A stretch of DNA of 64,000 bases from assembly GCA_964016885.1 (NCBI GenBank), contig OZ024743.1:32240001-32304000 (forward strand). Direction: 5' to 3'. Made by a program: the position numbers and the translations under genes. Shown piece after piece: positions 56,840-64,000 of the stretch. The number at the start of each line of letters is the position of its first letter. Position 1 is the first letter of the stretch. The notes below the pieces were generated by a model. The model saw nothing but the letters and a program-made list of their open reading frames with translations. It did not search any database and had not been told where the DNA came from. The stretch comes from Eledone cirrhosa. Taxonomy: Eukaryota.

Positions 56840-57398
56840 GGTGGCTGCCAACTCGTTTTCGAGTACGGCCACTACTTTATATCCATGTAGGAGAACCCCT
56901 ACCGATGCGCTGAACGAGTGTGACTTTTTAGTCCAGCCAGCGACTTGAAAACTCTGGTACAAACACTACACTTGTGACAATTACTGACACATAGTGCTGG
57001 GCCCATGGTACCATGTGACGACAAGTGCAGAGAGATCTCCAGATATAAAGCAATGCCTGTGCCGTGAAGCTTTTATAGTGAGCAAAGGCACTGCACAAAG
57101 CCAGTCCCACTCTCTTAACCAAGATGATATTTACCAAAAAGAAGAACAAGTCAACATCATTGGATACCATCAGGGTTGCAGGTGTTATATCAGAGTTTTC
57201 CTTCTCCTAGAATTCTTCCTTGACAAAGGCTAAGGGGTCATCTCTCCCGGTGATTTTGGATGGCTATTGAGTCTTAAGAGCTCCCTTGCCCTTTGACAGG
57301 TTTTGTTTTTAGTCCTGCAGGATGTCCAAAGTCACCCTCCTCACCAAGAAACCTTGGTGGGGTTGCCAGTTTAGTCGCCAACGACCCGACCATGAGAC
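56840..57398 (-). mobile_element. Same element, copy 2 (about 50 bp 5'-truncated)
   Basis: Near-identical to copy 3. Confidence 0.8.
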
Positions 57399-57630
57399 CA
57401 TGTATATATATATGTATATATATATGTATATATATACATACATATATATATACATATATATATACATACATATATATATACATATATATATACATATATA
57501 TATACATACATATATATATACATATATATATACATATATATATATACATATATATACATATACATATATATACATATATATACATATATATACATATATA
57601 TATACATATACATACATATATATATTTCCC

Positions 57631-57703
<73 letters not shown>

Positions 57704-58071
57704 ATACATATACATATATATACACATACATATATATATATATACATATATATACATATATACATATATATATATATACATACACATATCTATATATATA
57801 CATATACATATATATACATATACATATACATATATATACATATACATATACATATATATACATATACATATATATACATATATATATACATATATATATA
57901 CATATATATATATACATACACATATATATATACATATACATATATATACATATACACATATATATATACATATCTATATATATATATACATATACATATA
58001 TATACATATACATATATATACATATACATATACATATATATACATATATATATACATATACATATATATAT

Positions 58072-58680
58072 GGTGGCTGCCAACTCGTTTTCGAGTACGG
58101 CCACTACTTTATATCCATGTAGGAGAACCCCTACCGATGCGCTGAACGAGTGTGACTTTTTAGTCCAGCCAGCGACTTGAAAACTCTGGTACAAACACTA
58201 CACTTGTGACAATTACTGACACATAGTGCTGGGCCCATGGTACCATGTGACGACAAGTGCAGAGAGATCTCCAGATATAAAGCAATGCCTGTGCCGTGAA
58301 GCTTTTATAGTGAGCAAAGGCACTGCACAAAGCCAGTCCCACTCTCTTAACCAAGATGATATTTACCAAAAAGAAGAACAAGTCAACATCATTGGATACC
58401 ATCAGGGTTGCAGGTGTTATATCAGAGTTTTCCTTCTCCTAGAATTCTGCCTTGACAAAGGCTAAGGGGTCATCTCTCCCAGTGATTTTGGATGGCCATT
58501 GACTCTTAAGAGCTCCTTTGCCCTTTGACAGGTTTTGTTTTTAGTCCTGCAGGATGTCCAAAGTCACCCTCCTCACCAAGAAACCTTGGTGGGGTTACCA
58601 GTTTAGTCGCCAACGACCCGACCATGAGACAGGTTGTACTGGGATACATGTTACCAGTAGCACCAACTGGTGACCTGACA
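58072..58680 (-). mobile_element. Same element, copy 3
   Basis: Same 5' end (tgtcaggtcacc) and 3' end as copy 1. Confidence 0.8.
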
Positions 58681-58892
58681 TATATATATACATATATATA
58701 TACATACATACATACATATCTATATATATATATATACATACATACATACATATCTATATATATATATATACATACATATCTATATATATATATATACATA
58801 CATACATATCTATATATATATATATACATTCATACATATCTATATATATATATATATACATACCTATATATATATATACATACATATCTATA

Positions 58893-58946
58893 TGATGGCT
58901 GCCCCCTCGTTATCGAGTATGGCCATTGCACAATAAAAAAAAAAAA

Positions 58947-58977
<31 letters not shown>

Positions 58978-58983
58978 AAAAAA

Positions 58984-59022
<39 letters not shown>

Positions 59023-59193
59023 AAAAAAAAAAAAAAGGGAAAAGATATATATATATATATATACACACACATATACATACATATATATATACACATATAT
59101 ATACACACACACATACATACACATACATACATATATACACACACACATACATACACATACACTCACACATATATACACACATACATTAATAAC

Positions 59194-59224
<31 letters not shown>

Positions 59225-59303
59225 GCAATAATAATAATAACGACAACAACAATAATAATATACATATTCATATATATATACACACACACGCACGCACATA
59301 AGC

Positions 59304-59341
<38 letters not shown>

Positions 59342-61846
59342 GATAGCAACTAACAGTGCTGCGATCGAATGTGGCTTTTTAGCCCAGCCAATGATCTAAA
59401 ATGTCTTGCACAGAGTCGGCAACCAAAACATTTACTGGGAATAGTCGGCTGTGGTTGGAGTTCGTGTACTTTTGCATGTCGCTTGAGTCCTCCTGCTGAT
59501 TTACATTCTCTACCACATGTTTGGCAAGCATGATGAGTAGCATCTCCAACAGCAGCCTGGTAGTCAACCACTGGTCTTACTTTATGACTGCGAAGATGAC
59601 TTTCGAGTCCAGCTTTGCTTAGGCAGAGTCTCGCACAGACGCTGCATGTCAGAAACATAGGAGGACCCTCGCCGTCTGGAAGTGCAACAGCAATACCCTT
59701 CCTCACGTCCCGCTTTACTTTCTCGTGTGCGATTCGAGATGCCTCAAAGGCAACTTTTCCCTCATATACAGTCTTTCTCCATTTATTACGATCAGCAGCA
59801 ATATTTTCCCATGTATCAGCAGAGATGTTAGCGTCTTTCAGAGAGGCCTTCAAGGAATCCTTATACCTCTTTTTTGGTTTATGTGGCGGTCGTTTTCCTT
59901 TAACCAACTCTCCATAGAAGAGTTGTTTTGGTATTCTAGAATCCTTCATCCTGGCAAGGTGACCACTCCAACGGAGTCGCTGCTTAAGCACAAGAGCTTC
60001 TATACTGTCACACATAGAGCTTTCCAAAATCTCGACATCACTGATGTGGTCCCTCCAGCGAACGCCATGTATCCGTCTGAGACACATCTGATGGAAACGC
60101 TCCAATTGCTTAAGGTGGCGTCGATATGTGACCCAGGTCTCGCAGGCATAAAGAAGACAAGAGAGTACACATGCCCTGTACACCCTTACCTTTGTCCTCC
60201 TGCATATGTCTCGCCGACCCCAGAGTCGCCTTTCTAGCTTTCCGAAAGCATCACTTGCTTTCCTAATCCTAAGTGAGATCTCACTGTCAAGGTTGCCGTA
60301 TCGATTGACAGTGCTTCCCAGGTAGACAAACTGATCAACCACTCCAAGTCGTTTGCCATACACATAGATGTTTGGTTCAGTGTACTGCCTACCAGGTGCA
60401 GGTTGGTACATGACGACGGTTTTCTTGAGACTGACAGTCAAACCCAGGGCAGTGCAAGCGTCAGAAAATACATTCAAAATGTGCTGCATATCACTCTCTG
60501 TGTGCGCTACAAGATCGCAATCATCTGCATACAAGAGGTCTCTTATGACTGATGTAAATACTTTTGTCTTCGCAGCAAAGCGCCTGATGTTAAATATGCT
60601 GCCTGAGGTTCGATATCGGATGTAAACACCATGCTCGCAATTCCTGAATGCAGTACAGAAAACCATTGCAAAGTATATGGCAAACAGGGTCGGTGCTGGA
60701 ATATCCCCCTGTTTCACTCCATTTTTTACTGAGATAGGCTCCGACATGTTACCTCCGACATTAACCCAAGCCTTCATGTCGTCATGGAAAGACCTAACTA
60801 AAGCAAGGAACTTATCAGGGCAACCAAGTTTCTGGAGAACCTTCCATAATGCATCTCTGTTGACAGTATCGAAAGCCTTTGTCAGATCGACAAAAACCTG
60901 ATACAGATCCAAGCCCTGTTCAATGCACTTCTCCTGGAGCTGTCTAGCTGAGAAGATCATATCAGTAGTGCCGCGTCCAACACGAAAACCAGATTGACTT
61001 TCAGGAAGGACACAATCTGCAATGTGTGTCAGCAGACGGTCCAGAAGCACCCTACATAAAACTTTCCCCACGACAGAAAGCAATGATATACCTCTGTAGT
61101 TCCCACAATCATTCCTGTTACCCTTTCCCTTGTACAAGACCACCATTACTGCATCTCTCCAGTCCTCAGGCACGGATTCATTAGCCCATATCCTTCCAAA
61201 CAGAGAGTGAAGATGTTGCAGGAGTCTCTCACCACCATATTGTAGGAGCTCAGCATGTATGCCATCCATACCTGGAGATCTTCCACTGTTCAGCTTCGAA
61301 ATAGCCACTGCAACCTCCACAAGTGTCGGAGGTTCTGCGAGAGCTACTTTCACAGGACTTTCCGGAATGAGATTGAGGAAATCTTCACTGACGACAGACG
61401 GCTGATTCAAAAGATCATCAAAGTGCTCTCGCCACCTTCGTAGAATTCCCTGTGAGTCACGAAGAAGTTCTTTGCCATCCTTGCTGCGAATCGGTGTCAC
61501 CAGAGAAGAAGACGGTCCATAAACCTCACGCAAGAGACTGTACAACAGCTTTGTGTTATTGCAATCAGACGCAGTTTGTATCTCACCAGCCTTCTCACTC
61601 CACCACTGATCCTTCATCTGAGAAAGACTCCGCCTAACACGTGATTTTACATCCCTGAGCTCCTCATGCAACGTATTCCTCTCCTGTGGTCTTGCCGTCA
61701 AGTAGCGTGACAGAGCGCGCCTCTTATCAGCCAACAAGTCATCTATATGCACATCCTTCTCATCATGTCCTGATGTTTTCTCTGCACCAATCCCAGAACA
61801 CGTCTGCCTACATCATAAACCGACTTTTTAAGAGTCGGCCAATCCT
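58893..61846 (-). mobile_element. RTE-clade LINE family C, 5'-truncated, young
   Basis: 800-aa ORF; upstream [23 protein letters not shown] frameshifted; microsatellite-rich UTR; terminal atggccatactcgataacgagggggcagccatc(at)n. Confidence 0.9.
59350..61752 (-). CDS. RTE reverse transcriptase with three C-terminal C2H2 zinc fingers (endonuclease lost by truncation)
   Basis: [51 protein letters not shown]; CSVC..HLRSH, CQTC..HAKVH, CRLC..HIRSQH. Confidence 0.9.
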   Translation of the reverse strand: MHIDDLLADKRRALSRYLTARPQERNTLHEELRDVKSRVRRSLSQMKDQWWSEKAGEIQTASDCNNTKLLYSLLREVYGPSSSLVTPIRSKDGKELLRDSQGILRRWREHFDDLLNQPSVVSEDFLNLIPESPVKVALAEPPTLVEVAVAISKLNSGRSPGMDGIHAELLQYGGERLLQHLHSLFGRIWANESVPEDWRDAVMVVLYKGKGNRNDCGNYRGISLLSVVGKVLCRVLLDRLLTHIADCVLPESQSGFRVGRGTTDMIFSARQLQEKCIEQGLDLYQVFVDLTKAFDTVNRDALWKVLQKLGCPDKFLALVRSFHDDMKAWVNVGGNMSEPISVKNGVKQGDIPAPTLFAIYFAMVFCTAFRNCEHGVYIRYRTSGSIFNIRRFAAKTKVFTSVIRDLLYADDCDLVAHTESDMQHILNVFSDACTALGLTVSLKKTVVMYQPAPGRQYTEPNIYVYGKRLGVVDQFVYLGSTVNRYGNLDSEISLRIRKASDAFGKLERRLWGRRDICRRTKVRVYRACVLSCLLYACETWVTYRRHLKQLERFHQMCLRRIHGVRWRDHISDVEILESSMCDSIEALVLKQRLRWSGHLARMKDSRIPKQLFYGELVKGKRPPHKPKKRYKDSLKASLKDANISADTWENIAADRNKWRKTVYEGKVAFEASRIAHEKVKRDVRKGIAVALPDGEGPPMFLTCSVCARLCLSKAGLESHLRSHKVRPVVDYQAAVGDATHHACQTCGRECKSAGGLKRHAKVHELQPQPTIPSKCFGCRLCARHFRSLAGLKSHIRSQHC

Positions 61847-61956
61847 ATATATATATATACATACATATCTATATATATATATATATACATACATATCTAT
61901 ATATATATACATACATACATATCTATATATATATATATACATACATATCTATATAT

Positions 61957-61997
<41 letters not shown>

Positions 61998-62033
61998 CAT
62001 ATCTATATATATATCTATATATATACATACATA

Positions 62034-62077
<44 letters not shown>

Positions 62078-62098
62078 AATATATATATATATATATAT

Positions 62099-63809
62099 GT
62101 AGGAGGTGAGTTTTATTGTAGTACAATAAAGCAATGCAGATATCGGATAAGAAGCACTCTACAGTTTGTAGGACTGGAGTATACATAATATAAGATCAAA
62201 AGATGGTTAAAGGAGTTCCATGTATGTTATTATGCGCATTTCAAAAACAAACATCATCATGCAATAATATTTGTGTTTTCATTAGATAAGACAGGAGAAC
62301 ATGATATGAAGGCTAAAAAACACTTGTGGATAGTGCAGTTTTAAATCAACATATGAAAAGTGGTTTTAGATTGATGTGTGATATTGGGAAAAATATTTTA
62401 TTTAGAGAGGGGGGGGGGGTGGAAAGGATGAAAAATGGGAGGAGATGAGAGGGAGAGATGGGTGATAGAGAGAAAGAGATAGTTTTTATAACTGAGAGAA
62501 GATATATTGTTTTACATAGAGAGGTTGAAAACCGTTGGAAGATAATGTATAAATTAATTTGAAAATTAACGAAGGGAAGATATGTGCGAGGAAAAAATAT
62601 TTTATTTAGGGGGGGGGGGGGGGAATTCCATAGGACTTTTCACAAAGTATACAGTTAATATTCAATTCTTTATCAATTTAGAATCTTTTCTCAAAGGCAC
62701 ATATACATAAACCTCTTTAAAATATACCCATCTTCCTACCTTACTTCAAAGGGTATTATACACTCTATAATACTTGTTTACTCATTACCCTCTTTCTATC
62801 TTCACCTTGCAAAATCCTTCATAACATATACATTTGTTTTTTTGACGTTAGAATATTCATCCGCAATTATTATTATTTTTTCTCTCTATCATAAAACTTT
62901 TTAATCTCAATTTCATCCTTAATTTATTATTTTTTTCTCCCCATCAACGAACTCATTCTTAATACATATTAACTCTTTATTCGCATATATTATCAATTCC
63001 TTCAATATACAAACTTTAACTTCACATTATTTTTCTCAAATCCTTCTACACACAAACCTTAATAATTTTTTTTTTTTTTTTTTTTTTTTCTCTTCGTTAA
63101 TTTTGAAATTGCCACAATACTTATCAAGATACACTTTTTTTGACGTTAGAATATTCATCCACAATTATTATTTTTTCTCTCTATCTTCATACATAAATTC
63201 CCTTCGTTAATTTTCAAATTCCTTTAATTTATACATTATCTTCCAACGGTTCTCAACCTCTTTATGTAAAACAATATATCTTTTCTCAGTTATAAAAACT
63301 ATCTCTTTCTCTCTATCACCCATCTCTCCCTCTCCACCTTCACTCTCATCTCCTCCCCCTTTTTTCATCCTTTCCACCCCCACCCCCTAAATAAAATATT
63401 TTTTCCTCGCACATATCTTCCCTTCGTTAATTTTCAAATTAATTTATACATTATCTTCCAACGGTTTTCAACCTCTCTATGTAAAACAATATATCTTCTC
63501 TCAGTTATAAAAACTATCTCTTTCTCTCTATCACCCATCTCTCCCTCTCATCTCCTCCCCTTTTTCATCCTTTCCACCACCCCCCTCTCTAAATAAAATA
63601 TTTTTCCCAATATCACACATCAATCTAAAACCACTTTTCATATGTTGATTTAAAACTGCACTATCCACAAGTGATTTTTAGCCTTCATATCATGTTCTCC
63701 TGTCTTATCTGATGAAAACACAAATATTATTGCATGATGATGTTTGTTTTTGAAATGCGCATAATAAAATACATGGAACTCCTTTAACAATCTTTTGATC
63801 TTATATTAT
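62099..63809. mobile_element. 1.7-kb TA-flanked element with about 430-bp inverted arms (62185-62620 / 63380-63809), internal direct repeats and hammerhead
   Basis: Arms read as reverse complements; cccttcgttaattttcaaatt at 63200 and 63420; tgacgttagaatattcatcc at about 62843 and 63141. Confidence 0.8.
63705..63767 (+). ncRNA. Type I hammerhead motif
   Basis: ttat CTGATGA aaacacaaatattat...gatgtttgttttt GAAA tgcgca TA ataa; the left-arm copy (62228-62289, minus) has CTAATGA. Confidence 0.75.
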
Positions 63810-63831
63810 ATATATATATATACATACATAT

Positions 63832-64000
63832 GGAGGCACATGGCTTAGGGGTTAGAGCATTGGGCTTGCAATCGAAAGGTTGTGAGTTCAATTCTCAGAC
63901 CGGGTGATGTGTTGTTTCCTTGAGCAAGACACTTTATTTCACATTGCTCCAGTTTACTCAGCTGTAGAAATGAGATGATAGGACTGGCATACCATTATTC
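63832..64000 (+). mobile_element. SINE family 2 (cut by window end)
   Basis: Matches 46411-46580. Confidence 0.9.

Noticed and set aside
58560-58680. Possible HDV-like or twister ribozyme at the 5' end of the bipartite element (ggtaacatg...catgg...ctaa; gaggagggtgac)
   Set aside because: I could not build a consistent P1/P1.1/P2/P3 pseudoknot or twister P4 by eye; a covariance search is needed

Overview
AT-rich, repeat-saturated eukaryotic (animal) genomic DNA with no recognisable host exon. The SINE/LINE repertoire and microsatellite load suggest a coleoid cephalopod such as Octopus, but this is inference. Most long ORFs in the track are (TA)n/(TACA)n artefacts. The real coding remnants are all retrotransposons: 5'-truncated RTE-clade LINEs of at least four families (A and B with a PHD-type finger inside the RT, C with three C-terminal C2H2 fingers, D), one CR1-group RT fragment, a decayed Dong/R4-like fragment and a Penelope-like fragment. 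There are also two tRNA-derived SINE families, hAT and Tc1/mariner MITEs and a possible Helitron. The most striking signal is about a dozen type I hammerhead-ribozyme motifs (CUGANGA...GAAA...UH) from several unrelated sequence families. They lie in short non-coding modules flanked by (TA)n, many of which are fold-back palindromes, consistent with Penelope-like pLTR or retrozyme-type elements. From about 39.7 to 62.1 kb the window is a 22-kb TA-microsatellite 'sea' in which nearly every island is a retroelement. It includes three tandem copies of a bipartite non-autonomous RTE derivative next to a related LINE.
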